A DNA stretch of 63,994 bases, filler included, from Basidioascus undulatus (taxonomy: Eukaryota), in NCBI GenBank assembly GCA_000826855.1. It is 4 parts of 4 records of this genome, joined end to end, with 100 filler letters (N's around TTAATTAATTAA, not from the genome) between each part and the next. Parts side by side here need not be neighbours in the genome. Positions count along the whole stretch, not along the records: positions 1 to 31,103 come from JTLS01000106.1; 3 more parts are not named here. One strand, 5' to 3'. The translations under genes were made by a program, and so were the position numbers. Shown piece after piece: positions 1 to 18,033 of this stretch (position 1 is the first letter of the stretch; each line of letters begins with the position of its first letter). The notes under the pieces were generated by a model that saw nothing but the letters and a program-made list of their open reading frames with translations, had not been told where the DNA came from and ran no database searches.

Positions 1-2177
1 CGCCGCTCCTGGACGAGTCGCCCGACGAGCTGCGCGGCAAGGCCGTGACGCGCAGAGCGGAGAGCGCGCGGGCACGCTCCTTGCGCGTCTCATCGGCGCC
101 GGGCCCGACGGACTCGGAGCGGGACGTCGCGCGGGAGGCGGCGGCGGAGGTGTCGGTCGAGGGCGGGAGGGGGACGCTCTCGGGCTCGGGCTCGGGCGGG
201 GGCTCGCAGAGCTCCGGGTGGGACTTGACGAAGAGGCGGAAGGACTGATCTGTGCTCGGTTCGGGGATCTTCCACGGAAAGCGGCGGAGGATCATGCACA
301 TGAAGATGATGCCAACGCTCCAGACGTCCGTCAGGCGCGGGTCGTACGACTTTGCGCTGAGGACCTCGGGCGCGAGGTACGGGTCGGAGCCGACGATGCC
401 GGTCGCGTTGACGTGCGCCTTGCCCGGGTACTGGAAGACGGTCGCGGTGCCGAAGTCGATGAGCTTGACTACGTTGTCCTTGGTCATGACGCAGTTGTCA
501 AGCTTGAGGTCGCGGTGCGCGAGCCCCATGTTGTGCAGATAGTCGACGCCGTCGACGATCTGCCGGAACACGCAGTAGATCTCGGCCCGCGACATCTTGC
601 CCGACATGACGACCGTGAAGAGGTCGTACGGCGCGTACTCCATGATCTGCCCCGACCCGCCCAACGACATCAGCAACGCGCAACACGACTCGAGAAGACA
701 GTCGGGCCAACGAGGACGGCAAGGCAACGCACCTCGTAGTAGTGCCCCTTCTCCGAAACGATATCGATCGTCTCGATGATGTTGCGGTGCTTGAGCGTCA
801 CGCCGACGCAGAACTCGGCTGTGACCTTTTTGATGTACTCCTTTTCGTTCTCGCCCGGCCTGCGTGCGCGGAACTCCTTGACCGCGTACGTCGTCTTGCC
901 CTCGTGGATATGGGGCGTGCTCGTGCCGTTCACGCTGGCCGCGGCCGGGGAACCCCCAGCAGACACCTTCTTCGCGATCAGGCGCACCGTCCCGCCCGCA
1001 CCCGAGCCGAGCACGCGCCCCCACTTGCCGTACTTGCGTGATAGGTGCGCGTGCTCCTCGCCGAGCGGCGGAGAGTCCCCGCCGTGCCGGCTAGGCGCGA
1101 GCGACGACGCCCCCGAGTGGTGGTGGTGGTGGTGCAGGCTCGGGAAGAGGTGGCGGCCCGACTCGCCGCCGGGGGTCGAGAAGCCCTTCTCGTGCCCAGG
1201 CGTGTGAAAGCCGCTGACGCCCGCGCCCCCGGCGCCGTGGTGGAGGTGCGAATTGAGGAAGCGCCGGAGGTCGTGCAGCTTGGATGACTTGACCGTCCCT
1301 AAGCGGCTCGCCGTGGACGCTGCGGTCACGTTGGACGAGTTGGAAGGGGTCTGCGAGAGCTGGTTGCGCGCCGATGACGACCGCCGCGGCGTGCCGGGCT
1401 TCGCGAAGACGAAGCGCGGCGGCGTGGGCGTCTCGGTCGTGGACTTGTCGCCGCCAGCGGACGCTTCGGGCGTTTTGTGGCCTGGCGTGGTCGGGGAAGA
1501 GCCCTCGGGTGAAGAGCCGGAGGACGTGTCGCGGAGGGGGGAAGGGTTACGGGAGGGAGATCGGGAGAGGGTTTGCTGGAAAAGGATCGCAAATCGGTCA
1601 GCATGCTCCCCTGTGTTCGTCGATCTCCTCTAAACCCCTCGCAGCCCGTCTGGCGCAGACGCGATAACGGGATGAGATAGAAACGACGACTCACTTGGTG
1701 GCCGCTCTTGATCTCCTCTACCGGCTCCGGCACCCGTGCCGCCCCAACGGCGGTGAGCTCTCCCACGGGCGCCGCCTTCCTGCGTTCACCACCCACGCCT
1801 CCGGCCGCATCATCCCCGCTCCCGCTCGTCTGCGGCTCGCTGGTTGAGGACGTTGCGCTCGGCTGTGAGCGCGTGAGAGAGGGTGTGCGCGAGCGGTTAT
1901 CGCCGCCGAGATCGCGGGTGGGCGAGTGTGTGCGCTCGCCGAGGTGGAGATGGGGCGGGAGAGGGGGCGGAAGCTCGCTGTCGGGGGTGTATCCCTCGCC
2001 TGCTGCGAGGCGCGGGATGTGCGCCGAGGTGTGGAGGACGTCGCCGTCGCGGGTTGTGAGGTGGAGGATCTTGCGCTCCGAGTCGGGCGGGGCTTCGTGC
2101 GGCGGGGTGTGGGAGGGCGAGTGGGCGGGGGTGTGCATGGAGAGGGACACGGGGACCATCGGGCGTGGGGAGAGCAT
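1..2177 (-). CDS. HAL/SAT4/NPR1-family Ser/Thr protein kinase (3' end runs off the window)
   Basis: Spliced translation gives [76 protein letters not shown] and YDPRLTD. Introns at about 1576-1694 and 647-732. Long S/P/H-rich N-terminus. Confidence 0.9.
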
Positions 2178-5100
2178 CGTGGGCGGCGGGGGAGGGGGAT
2201 GCGATAGGGAGTGTGGTCGGGGGGAGGTGGTGATCAGGGATGGATGGTGAGATGGAAGATGGCTGTGGAATTGGGATGAAATAGGCGTAGGACGGGGAGG
2301 AGGGACAGTCGCCGAGTAGGGGGACGGAGTCTACTGACGCATGAGGTCGTTATCGGGCGGCAAGAGAGGGGCGGCGGGCGAGGAGGGGGAGAGTTGATTG
2401 GGGATCGCTATGGGTGCCCTGATACAGAGCTGGACACTGCCAAGCTACGAAAGCGAGTAGAATTGATCGTCAGCGGTTGCACGCCATTATTTTTCGCGTG
2501 TCTGAGCCATGCCAGGGGGCGAGGGGAGGGAAGGGAGGGACAAGGGCAAGGGCAAGACTGTGACAGAAGACTGGAAGGGAAGGAGCAGCGCAAGGGGCAG
2601 GGACTCACGGCCGCTGGATGGTGACACCAACTGAGTGACCCAGCGCAAGCTGGCCAGTCTCACCGCGTCGTCCTCGTCGTCTGGACGTCGATCTCGTCGA
2701 TGGAGTTCTCGTCGGTTGTATGCTGCATGCGCCAAGGGAGGGGGTGGATGGTGGGGATCGTGATGGATCGAGGCAGTGGGGGCAGCCTGGGGCCGACAAG
2801 CGAGAAGCGCTGTGCTGCGCGGGGAGGAGGCCGCCGAGAGAGGCTCGGCAACGGCAATGGCGGTCAGCTTGCGATTATTCCAATTCGAACCGTATTTCCC
2901 GGCCGTTCGCTTGCTTTTCTTGACGCACAAGGCGCCGGACGGCATCGCATGCTCGCCTCAACCTCGGGCCCCGAACCACTCAGCCGAGGCCGATTATTTT
3001 CTCACTCTTTCTCCAACCCTTTTTGCAACTCTCTCTGCTCAGTCATCCGCCCAGAATGCATCGGTCGGAGACCCGAAAGATACACATGTACACTTCACTC
3101 TTTCCTACTGAGCACGCTACACCTGCATGATCCTGCGCAGCCAACGCTTTGCTCGCTGAGTCCAACGTGAACAGCCCACAATCATATACGTCACTGACAG
3201 CCGACGTCCCGTCCGGCTCCGATGCCTCGGGCCGGCCTCCGTCTTCCCCTTTTCTCATCCCTGCAGCAACACAACGAACCTGCATGCATTTTCTCAACCC
3301 CTCAAGCTCCTCACTACTGCATCATTTCATTCTCTTCGCGCAGCCCAGCAGTTCCCACAACCTACGTATGAAAGCAACCAAGTAGTTTTTCGCCGCCGCC
3401 CAACTCCCGAGCGCCCGGTCCCGACCCACCACGTGCCGCCGACCGACGGCTCGCACGATCAGCTGCCTCCTTCCCAAGACCCGTCTTCTTGAAATCTCAA
3501 TCTCACCCCCAGGCCCCCAGCACGGCCCCCCCCTGCCGAGCCCTCTCTCGCCGTGAGCCTGACCCATTTGGGCGTTTCCGTGACTCCGTCTCACTCGAAT
3601 TCCTGTAGATCGCCCCCCAGTGCCACCCTTGGAGGAGGAGCCAGGCGGGCCGGGCCGCGAGCGCCGGTTTACGATGGGGGGCGGTCGATCCCAAGCCCGT
3701 CATTATTCCCACGTGGTATTTGCCGCAGCGTTCACTTCTACATTTTCAGTTCGATCGACCGAATGGAAGCTGCTCAGTGATGCTGAGCCCGCCCTGGCCC
3801 GCCCCAGATGGGCGCGGCAAGCGACGGCCCCCGCGTCCTCGAACGCTCGCGGGCGATCTCCGGGCGGACCGGTCATATCATCATAACGGATCTGGGGGAA
3901 AAGGTGAGGAAGTGATATAAAGAGAGAAGACGTTGGAAGACGAAGTGTTTGTGGATACGGTGGGATAAGCCAAGCTGTCTGCACCGCCGGCGCGGGGGGG
4001 GCATAACGAGCTCGAGAACATCATGCTGTCGGTCTAGGATGGCAGTGTCGTCAGGAGGAGAGGAGGAAGACGTAAGGAAGCAGTGGGAGCTTGGTGGGAG
4101 CAACTGGGAGACAAGGGGAGTCCGCCGACGGCGCGGACAGGAAGCATACGAAGAGAGGTGATAGGTGCTCTTTGCAGCGGGCACGCAATTGCTCTGAATT
4201 GCATCAGGGGAAAAGAGTGGGTTGACAGACAGGAAAACAAACGGAGAGGGAGTCCAAACAAACAACTTCATGTAAGATGCGTATGCAGTTTGTAGACAAG
4301 TTTACCAGCAGCGCGAGAAGTAGAACGCAGCGCGTCAAGGGTTTCCTCCCCATGCACTTGAGGCCAGCCGCCAAAGAGCGAGCGGGTATGTGGAAGTATC
4401 GTCTCACTCACTGAGAGAAGTAAAGCGGGTGGACCGGACAAAGACAGACGTGTGTACTGCAGTGAAAGCGTAGATGAGCTTCGACTGCGAGCTGCCAGAC
4501 CGTATTTCTCGCAAGTGGGCGCCCAAACTATTCTACTTCGACCATGGACACCAGTCCAAGAAACAGACCATATGCTTAGAGGGGTGTCCCCTCTCATCAG
4601 CTCGGTGAAGTGCGTGATTTGAGCGGTGCTTGCGGGTTTCGAGCTGCAGTGCACGCATGCCTAGGCTTGCACCAGAAAAAGCATCGCTCTGAGGGGAAGT
4701 TCGCAAGTTTAGACTTTTAATAAGTTCCTAGTTGCGTACACAGGCCCAGGTGGGTTCCTGTGTGATATCCACACTCGGCTCAGGCCGTGACGATCTGCTC
4801 CTGCCGAGGAGACTATCATCCATCGACATTAGACGCAGTCGAGCTCTATCCCAGCTCCTTGTGTACCCGTATTTTTTGACGATCTTTTTATATTAGCCGC
4901 TACAGTGTTTATCCAAGACAGCATTATCCAAGGCCACTACATCTTTTCAACCCCTTCATCGTGAGTGAACCCATCGAAAGTGATTGTCAGCAGCAGCTGT
5001 GGTTTCAGCATAGATTTCGAGTTCGTGTCGAATAGAGTAGGCCCATACCAGTGCTCTGCTTTCGGAGGTTGCCCGCACTTTTTTCTCGCCGTCGCCAGCG

Positions 5101-5517
5101 CGACCCCAGAAGCCCAAGAAGGCAGTGCGATGCATAGTGGAAATGAACCAGGTCCCCCATCGAAAGCGCTGAGTGCACGAGGAAGTCGAAGTTGTCCCGT
5201 AATCCGGCAGAGGAAGAAAGACCGCCCGTTCAGTGGGAGTGACCGAATCGCGCAGTTTGAGTGAGAACCTCGAAATTGGAAGCTTGCAAGTATGAGAAGC
5301 CAGACGTATTCTCACTAGCATTAGAGACTTCAAAGGCTTATGAGCGACGCTTTTCAGTGCTCCCTGCCCGGTCTATTTCTGACTCGTAAGCAGAGCACAT
5401 GCATTAACCGTGGATATGAGATTTACTATTGCTGTTGTACACGGGTCAGACAAACGAGAAAACATGATGCGGGGTGAAATGCAGCAGCGGCAGCAGCGAA
5501 CGATCCCAGCCGCGAGT

Positions 5518-6464
<947 letters not shown>

Positions 6465-7498
6465 GGCTGTGATGTTGTGGTGGGTGGGTAAGAAGGAAAC
6501 AGCGGTAGAGTGTAGTGTGAGTGGAAGAGTGAGGTGCGCGTGCGTATCAAGGTGACGCGGGCCCTAATATATCAACTACACTACGGCTGAAGCCACACTT
6601 TAGGGTCGGTTCGACACGCGAAGCAGGGTGGGCCCCGAGGCTGTGTGCCCCTTTCACACAACCACCCTTACAACAACACTTCTTCCCTTAAATATTAAAA
6701 AAAGCTCTGGACGAAGTCAAATATTTGGGCTCAACATGTTAGCAAGGCCGAGTGAACGTCCGAACCTACTGACAGCCGAACCAGTCAAAGACGGGCTGGC
6801 AGCGCTCGCAGCCCTTTGTCCAGGCTTGCAAGTACACCTGGCAACGAACAAAGCGAGCAGAATACATACTGTCAAGCATCTATGACATCGTGAACCTTCG
6901 CATCCGTTTGGGAGTGCGCGCACAAAGCACACAAAACGAGCGTCGCAACCGAGGAATCACACAGCTCAGTGCAGCGGCTGAGGTGCTCGTTTCTGCACAA
7001 CAGTCCTCGGTGGGTAGCGAAGACAGATTCCCAAGTGTTTAGTTCAAAGTGCGCTTACACGGCTTAAGACTCACACTCGAGTTCAACTATCGAGAAAAGG
7101 ATGCAGTAATAACTTTTCCCATAGCTTGAAGCCTTGAGTGCGTGCCAGCAGCTTGTGCTGCACCGCTTGCCCAGCCTATACCCTGCTGCCCACCTGTCGA
7201 CCCGTGGCCCTCAAACTTTCTTATGTACAATACTGTGGGCTTCCATGCATGAACGTGCTACCCTGCAATTTTCTCAAGTTGTACGAAGTTGTAGCAGTCG
7301 CTTGAGCTGCGTTTCGCAGTTCAGGCACGTTTTAATGACGTCCTATCAACCGGCAAGATCGCGCCGAAGCCGAGCTGGCTTCAACACGTTCGCCTGTTCG
7401 CCTGTGCACGCCATCATCTGCCCCTCCTCCTTTTCTTCATAGACCTTTTTGTCCATCGTGAACGCACTCAAGTTCTATACCTGTCTACACACCCGAGA

Positions 7499-8623
7499 AT
7501 GGCCACTTCCAAGATCCTCCACCTCACCCGGCACGCCGAGGCCGAGCACAAGTGCGTCTTCCTTTTCCCCTGTCCGCGAACAGCGAAGATGCTGATGCAC
7601 CTCTATCCTTCCCAGCGTCGCCGAGGACTACTCCAGTCCGTCATAATGATGCCTGGGGTGTTGGGCAGATGTCGCTGATGAGAATGCGGCTTGACCTTGC
7701 AGTCCTCGATGCTCCCCTTACCGCTCTGGGCCGCTCGCAGTCCCAAGCTCTGCACCAGGCGACCAAGGACAACATCCAGAAGTCAGCGGAGCTCCTCGTG
7801 TCGTCTCCTGTCCGTCCCCCACTCCTTCTTTTCACTTATGTCTCCGTGCATTAAATCTTCGTCTCCTCCCAGCTCCGCCGCCCGATGCAGACGTTCCTGC
7901 TCGGCTACCCGGACCTCAAGGCCCGCCTCGAGAAGGAGGGCCAGCCCGTTATCCTCCTCACGCGCCTTCAGGAGGTCAACGACTTCCCCTGCGATACCGG
8001 CTCGGTGTTTCTGCTCCTCCCGTACTTCCCTCCCCACGCCGATTGCTCATGAGAAGACGGTGCCGGACACAGGACCCGGCCAACCTCAAGGCGGACCCTG
8101 AGTTCGTGTCGCTGGACTTCAGCGATGTTGAGGAGGGCTGGAACAGCAAGAAGGGGAACTACGCGCCTGTCAACGCTGCGAAGCGCGCGCAGTGGGTGCG
8201 GCGGTGGCTGAGGGAGAGGCCGGAGAAGGAGATTGTCGGTGCGTCGTATGCCTTATCTGAGCAGCCCGGTCTTTCGCATGATCCTGACGGGTAGGACATG
8301 ATACACAGTCGTCGCACACGGGGACATTCTGCGCTATGTGACGGATGGCCAGAATTCAACCAAGGTCTGACACACCTTTGACTTACGGCGACGAGGGGAG
8401 GGAAGGATGAAGCTCACCGCTCCTCCTCTCGGACCCCCGCCCTCGCCCTCCCTCCCCTCCCCCTCCCTCCTTGTTACTCACTCGCACTTCCATTATAGCC
8501 CTGGAGTAACGCTGAAGTTCGCAAATACACATTCGCCTCCGACTCGGACGAGGAGGCCCTCCTTGTCCCGCTCGGCACGGAGGCCCAGATCGGCGAGAAG
8601 GAGCCGACGAGCTCCTCGCATAA
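7499..8623 (+). CDS. Histidine phosphatase / phosphoglycerate mutase-like protein
   Basis: MATSKILHLTRHAEAEHN (RHxE motif), DAPLTALGRSQ, LLVSSP(L)RRPMQT, LQEVNDFPCDTG, RAQWVRRWLRERPEKEIV, VAHGDILRY. About 9 short exons. Confidence 0.88.
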
Positions 8624-9066
8624 GTTCCAGCAGTAGAAAACCGCTGTCGTGCAGGATAGAGGTGGAATGTTGATGATAGATGATTTCCGTTCGGGACTGT
8701 GTGTTGCTGAATGTCTGGCACTCCTTGCGTGCAGTGTTTCCTTGAGGAGAGCTTCGCCATCTCGTCTTTTTTCTGCAATGCCTCTTTGCGTATTCAAGGA
8801 CATCAGCCGCGGTGATGAGGCTGTTCCGAATCGAAAGGGCATATATCAACAGGAAAAAGTGGCATCCAAAGTCTCCGCCGGCCGGAGTAAGTGCATCACA
8901 CAGCGTGCACGAGGCGATGCCGAAGAGCGAGTTGGAGAGGTTCGAGCGCGAGCACCGCCTCCAGGTTCGGCCGGACTCGTGTTGTTTCCAAGTCCGGCAG
9001 CGCGACAAGTTCATAAAAGATCAACGCCGAGCTTGCCTTCCTGTTCCTCTGTTCTTACTTCTACGC

Positions 9067-9440
9067 TTGTCCCATCCAAACACGCAACAGATCCTCTCTG
9101 CCGAGGCGGAGGACACGCACCTCATCTCCTCGATCTCGCAACTCGACTACGCACCTTCCGCGCTTCAACAGCAGACTGCATACCTGCAGGGCCTTAAGGT
9201 GCGCATTGCCTCTTCCTTTTCCACATCCGAACCATCCCGCATGTCTCCTGACCGCTGAGTGGAATACGTCCCGCAACCAGACCAACCTCTGGGAATGCAA
9301 AACAAAGCTCGCGGAGCTTGAGAAGCGGACGAAGAAGGAGCGCAAAGAACACGAGTCGATCCAGAGTTCGACCGCGCGCCGGCTGGCGTACAAGCTTGTG
9401 GGAAAGCGGGAAAAGTTCGAGAGCAAGCAGAAGAAGAAGT
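9067..9440 (+). pseudogene. Truncated N-terminal relic of a conserved fungal coiled-coil hypothetical protein
   Basis: QQILSAE...SQLDYAPSALQQQTAYLQGLK, then an intron, then LAELEKRTKKERKEHESIQSSTARRLAYKLVGKREKFESK, which resembles a recalled fungal family. TTG sits where ATG is expected, and similarity stops abruptly. Confidence 0.5.
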
Positions 9441-9603
9441 GCGGGATGACCCACGGGAGTCCCTCGAGGCCAGTGATGGCACGTTATCGCAGGATGAAAT
9501 AGCAGTTCACAAGCATCCTAAATAAATTTTGGATAGAAAGTGAATATCACTGATCAACGGCTATGAAGATGCTCGAAACGCGCGGTGTCGCCAAGCTGAC
9601 GAG

Positions 9604-10972
9604 CTAGATCGGGAAGCGAGAGGATGAAAGGCGCCTGCCCCCTAAGCTACTCGGGGCGGCGGGTAGCGGCACATCGTGGCCCTCCATCTTTCGAGGCGAG
9701 CCCGGCGAGCAATAGACGTTCGCCTGGTTGTCCTCCACCGAAGTCGGCTGCTCGTCGTATTGCTCCATCGCGCTCGACTTGGGCTGCCAGTCGCCGTCCG
9801 CGAGATCGTTGGGAGGGTTGTACTCGTGTTCTCGAATATCGGCGAAACTCGCCCTGTCCCGGTGGAACGCGAAGACAGTGACGCTCGGCGTGTAGCTGCT
9901 AGGCCGAAGACCAGCAGGAGGTCCGAGGGTGAAGCAGAAGGGTGAGCGCGTGAGCAACCAATAACTGGCAGCACATCAGTCCATGAGTCTACCTGAACTT
10001 GCCATCCGCATTCGCGCCGTGCTTGATAAGGATCGCAATGCACTGTGATGACAAGTCACTCCTGTTCAGTCAGCTGCCACAGAACTTATCCACCGCTTGC
10101 AGCTGAGTCGCAGCCTAGCTGCCCTGCATGCCCTGCCATTTACTCACATGCACACCAGCGGTGTTCCAGAGCTGCATTTCCTTGAGGAGAACATCACGAC
10201 CCTCGTTCCTGTATGCTACTCCCACTGTCCAATGCAGCTAAAGTGAGCAGAATGGCCTGCTACGGGAATCGGATGTCAATTGCGCACGAGCAACGTGCAT
10301 CTTGCGAGTTTTCGGGTCGGCCCATGCCGCGCCGGGTTCCTTCCTGACAGTGCGCTCCAGGGTTTCCAGCCTATGCGTCAGTGACGGAGGAGCTTCAGCC
10401 AATCCTTCAGCTGGCGACAGTTTGGGCGTGCTCACCACGAGGCGTTCTATCCTTGACCCGACAGACAGGACGTAGTCTCTAGCATGGAACTCGGTGCCCT
10501 GTGCTTCCTTACTCAATACTAAAAGATAGTGTAAAGTCTCTTCCTTGACGTAGCTTGAAGCCTCCTCGTGCGGCCCGCTAGGATCGCCGAACAAGAAGAC
10601 TTCGACGTGGGTTGGGTCCTCTGCCGAGCAGGACCACATGAACTTCCACCTGGAAGTATCCGACAAAGAGCGTCATAAGCGTTGGGACCCAAAGCCATAT
10701 AAGGTCAACTGCGCACCTGGGATTGGATTTCATCCAGACATTGAATGCCGCTTCCGGGCACCGGTCGTGGAGGCGAAAGGGCCCGGCGATGCCTTGCTAA
10801 TACATGGTAATCGCAGATCTGAGCTTGGTGTTCAGTATCTCGATCATTTTCCCATAAGGGGAATCAACGGGATAGGGACACGACTGGCAGTCGAGGAAGG
10901 GATAGCACCCGTGGGTGAGGTGTTGGCGGAGAGAGCAACGTCGACAGCCGAGGACGTAAAGGGTGTGGGCAA
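9604..10972 (-). pseudogene. Decayed Uma2/PD-(D/E)XK-like nuclease-fold gene, copy A
   Basis: Segments QGIAGPFRLHDRCPEAAFNVW, VFLFGDPSGPHEEASSYV, RKEPGAAW, VGVAYRNEGRDVLLKEMQLWN and WQPKSSAMEQ...RKMEGHDV. In-frame TAG at 10797-10799, TTG start, and the putative catalytic D and E are replaced by G. Confidence 0.6.
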
Positions 10973-11431
10973 TGTGCGGATGGTTACGCATTGAGAGATT
11001 GCTGTAGCGAGCCCTGACCGGGCTGAGCGGATGGGGAGTAGGTGTGCGTAAGCGTTCAAAGGGACGAGCGAAAATGCAGGGGACATCAACAGCAGATGGG
11101 AGCGAAGCGATATGTCGCGGCTGCGGGTGCAGTCTCAAATGCAAGCGCGCGGCGAAGCGCACCACTCGTGGTCTCGGATTTCCTGAAAAAACCTTCTGGT
11201 ATGAAAGTTAGAAAGCTGTGTGGGCAAGCTAGAGCTAGTCGTGGGTTTCTATCGGTCGAGAGACAAGAGTTGCGGCGAGACTGCACAGTACCGTCTACCC
11301 TCTTACCACCCATTCTCACTTTCCGCACCATCACTCCGCCTTTTGTATCTCCATCCATAATCCTCAACAAATTTGAAAAACTCAGACGGCTTTCACTCAA
11401 CACTTCAAGCCCTCGCACAGCTCTTCCTCCC

Positions 11432-12687
11432 ATGTCAACCCCCTTCACCCTCTCCGCCGTCGACGTTCCTCTCCCCCCCCAACACTGCCACCTAAAGAAT
11501 CATACATCTCTCCTTCCAGTCCATGCTCATCCGACCCTCTCACGTTTCCTCACGCCGAAGTGTTCGCTCTCCTCAATTCGAAGTGCATATCTGCACTCGC
11601 GCTGCACGCCCAAGGCGTCGCGGGGCCGTTCCTCATCCGCGACCGCTGCCCAGAAGCGGCATTCGACACCTGGGCTATGCATGAATCACCCAGGTGCGGC
11701 CCTTTCCTCTTTCCCTCAGTGTCGCATTCCTTACACAGAGAGTCAGTTGGAGATTCGAGTGCCACAGCTCCCTCGATGGACCCATCGCACGGCGAAGTCC
11801 TCCTCTTCGGGGATCCGAGTAAGGTGCACGAAGTGGCAGCGGCGTATGTCGAGGCAGAACTGCACAGGCAGTTTTTCGCCCGGGGATGGCAGTTCTGGGG
11901 CCGGACTTCGAAATGAGGGAATATATCGCGACCTTGAGAGCAAGCCAGCAAGTTCTTGCGGTGAGAGTGTCCGACCCATCTTGACTGCTAAGGCAGGGAG
12001 ACGCTGACGGGCTGTTTTGATACTGCAGGTCGGGACCCTGGATGCTGCGTAAAGAAAGAGCCGGACGGCTCGTGGGCCTACCGGAAGACATCTGAGAACC
12101 GGGCGTCGGTGAGCAGTCCATCTGAACATGGCAGTGCCTGAGCGTCTCTGCTCATAAACGAAACAGTGGAAGTCGCATTATAGGAACGAGTCCCGGGAGG
12201 TGCTTCTTAAGGAGGCGCAGCTCTGGAACGCTGCTGACGTGCATGTGCGTGGAAGTGCGGTGCGCTGCAGGCTCGCTGACCTTGGCCGACACGCCGATGC
12301 AGTGCATCGCGATCCTCATCAAGCACCGCCCCAACGTACTCAACAAGTTGACGTTCACGTACGCGCACGCCCAACGTCCCATGCCCCTCCAACCACCGTC
12401 GGCTCACCCTCCTCCCGTCCCTGAGCTGCAGCTCCACCCCCGCACCTAACCGTCTCCCTCTCCCCCCGCTCCAGCTCGAACCTCCGGGTACACGTACGCT
12501 CCCCCGAAGACGAGGAGTGGCAGCCGAGGCCGAGCGCCATCGAGCAGCCGACTTCGACGGACGACGAGGTCGACTGGGAGTGCTTAGGAAGATGGAGGGC
12601 CACGACGTGATGATCGACCCTCGAGTGGTTCTGCGGGACGGCAAGGCCGGAGTGGCTCGGGAGGGAGCCGCTCATGCTCTCGCTTAA
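11432..12687 (+). pseudogene. Decayed Uma2/PD-(D/E)XK-like nuclease-fold gene, copy B (inverted paralogue of copy A)
   Basis: MSTPFTLSAVDV, QGVAGPFLIRDRCPEAAFDTW, LLFGDPSKVHEVAAAYV, KKEPDGSW, VEVA/YRNESREVLLKEAQLWN (1-nt frameshift near 12178), CIAILIKH and WQPRPSAIEQPTS...RKMEGHDV. Several frameshifts. Confidence 0.62.
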
Positions 12688-13285
12688 GAAGTTCGCGCGG
12701 TATCTGGGGAGGGCTGCGCGGCCGGAGAGGTAGATGTGAAGGGGCGTGGGCTGAAGCTGGAGCTGGAGCTTGGGATGTAGGACGATGAAGAGAAGACGAG
12801 CCGCGTGACCGCCGAGTTGGAAGTGGTTAGAGGACTTCAGGCCGGTCGCCGCCGCGAAGCGAACGATCGGTCGACCAGACCGGTCCTGCCTCCCGCTCCC
12901 ACCCATCCTGTGCAGCGCTGCGACGCCCCTCTCCCTTCAACTCGGCAGCGGGAGGTGCTGGGCACTCCTTGCGTGCCCCATGCCTGACCTGCGCGCCCCC
13001 GGCGCCCCCGTCTGTGCTTGCGAAGGCGGGAAGCGGGCGAATGTACGAAGCGATCAGGGAGAGGCAGAATGATGTGGGAGTTGGGAATGAGTGGTGTGTG
13101 TACGAAGTGCGTGAGTGAAAGCAGCAATGGCGGGAGTTCGATCGATTCCCCAGGGGCGCCGGTAGATCGAGCAAGGCCCACGAGCGTGAGCAGGCCGACA
13201 AGAGAGGTGAGCTTCCCCACTGCCTCACCATCGCACACCCCGCCAGCGAACGAAACAAAGTGGTGCATCGCGCCAAACAGAGCAT

Positions 13286-13937
13286 CTATGCGTCCCCTGC
13301 CCCCGCACTCGCATCCGGCGCCCGTCGCCGCCGGGACTTGGTCGCGCGGATCTCGTCGAGCGAGGGCGCGGGCTTGGGGCTCTTAATCGAGTGGTTGTTG
13401 CCGAGCTAGGGGGGGCGAGGAGGGGGTGAGGAGGGGCAGAGAAGAGGCAAGGCGGGGGAGTAGAGGAGGGAGGACGGACCTCGGTGTGCTGCGTTATCCG
13501 GATGCCTGGAGATCGGGGGTTGTCAGTACGCCGGGGGATAAATAGCGAGGTAGGGGGGAACATGGTGGGGAGAAAAGAAGGACGGAAAGCAGGGAGGAAG
13601 CGAGGAAGAGCAACGCACCGTACGCCCCCCTCTGGTCGTCCCACTTGCCCTGCACGACGTTCTCCCTCAAAAGCCTCGCCACATCCCTAAACATCTGCAC
13701 GCCCTCGCTGTACTTGTCCGCATCCGTCTCGCCCCGCTGCTTCTCGAACGTATCCCGGAACTTTGCGCGCGTGGTGAGGATCGCGTGGGCGTCGCCTGCG
13801 CTTGTCGGGAGGGTCAGCGAAGCTAGGATGGGGGATGGAGGGGGGATGGAGGGACCTCGGAATGTGTGGGCGCAAGTGCGGAGAAGGTCCCGGTAGGCGT
13901 GCGTGGCTTCGCGCTTGAGAGAGGCTGGGATCGACAT
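13286..13937 (-). CDS. MZM1: LYR-motif mitochondrial complex III assembly factor (Mzm1/LYRM7-like)
   Basis: MSIPASLKREATHAYRDLLRTCAHTFR(G)D, DVARLLRENVVQG, IRITQHTELGNNHSIK. Three introns. Confidence 0.85.
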
Positions 13938-14315
13938 TGCAGATGCAGGGGGAGGCGGGGTGAAGGTGCAAGAGAGAAGACGCGCTGAGGCGGGCCGGAC
14001 TTGGCCGGAAGCGAGCAATTACAAGCGTCGCAGTACGAAGACCATTCCAAAATGGTGCATTATTAATAAAGTTTGCCTACATTCTGTTGCAGAAACTGAA
14101 TGCCCACGCTGCCGACGGCGTGGCTGACCAAATCGGCCTGAAGCGCGAGGCCGAATCGCGAAATCGCTCGACCGCGCGCAAGTCGCTTGCCCTGCTGCCA
14201 CTCTCGTCTCAACGTCCTCAACACCTCGCCCCCAGCCTGCGCCTTTGACCCCTTTGCCTTGCCCACCCACCGCACGCCCACACCCCATCCTCGTGTACAC
14301 CAGCAGGAGCCCGGC

Positions 14316-18033
<3,718 letters not shown>

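Noticed and set aside
3380..4300. Splice-like signals and short GC-rich frames on the minus strand
   Set aside because: I could not assemble a coherent or recognisable protein.
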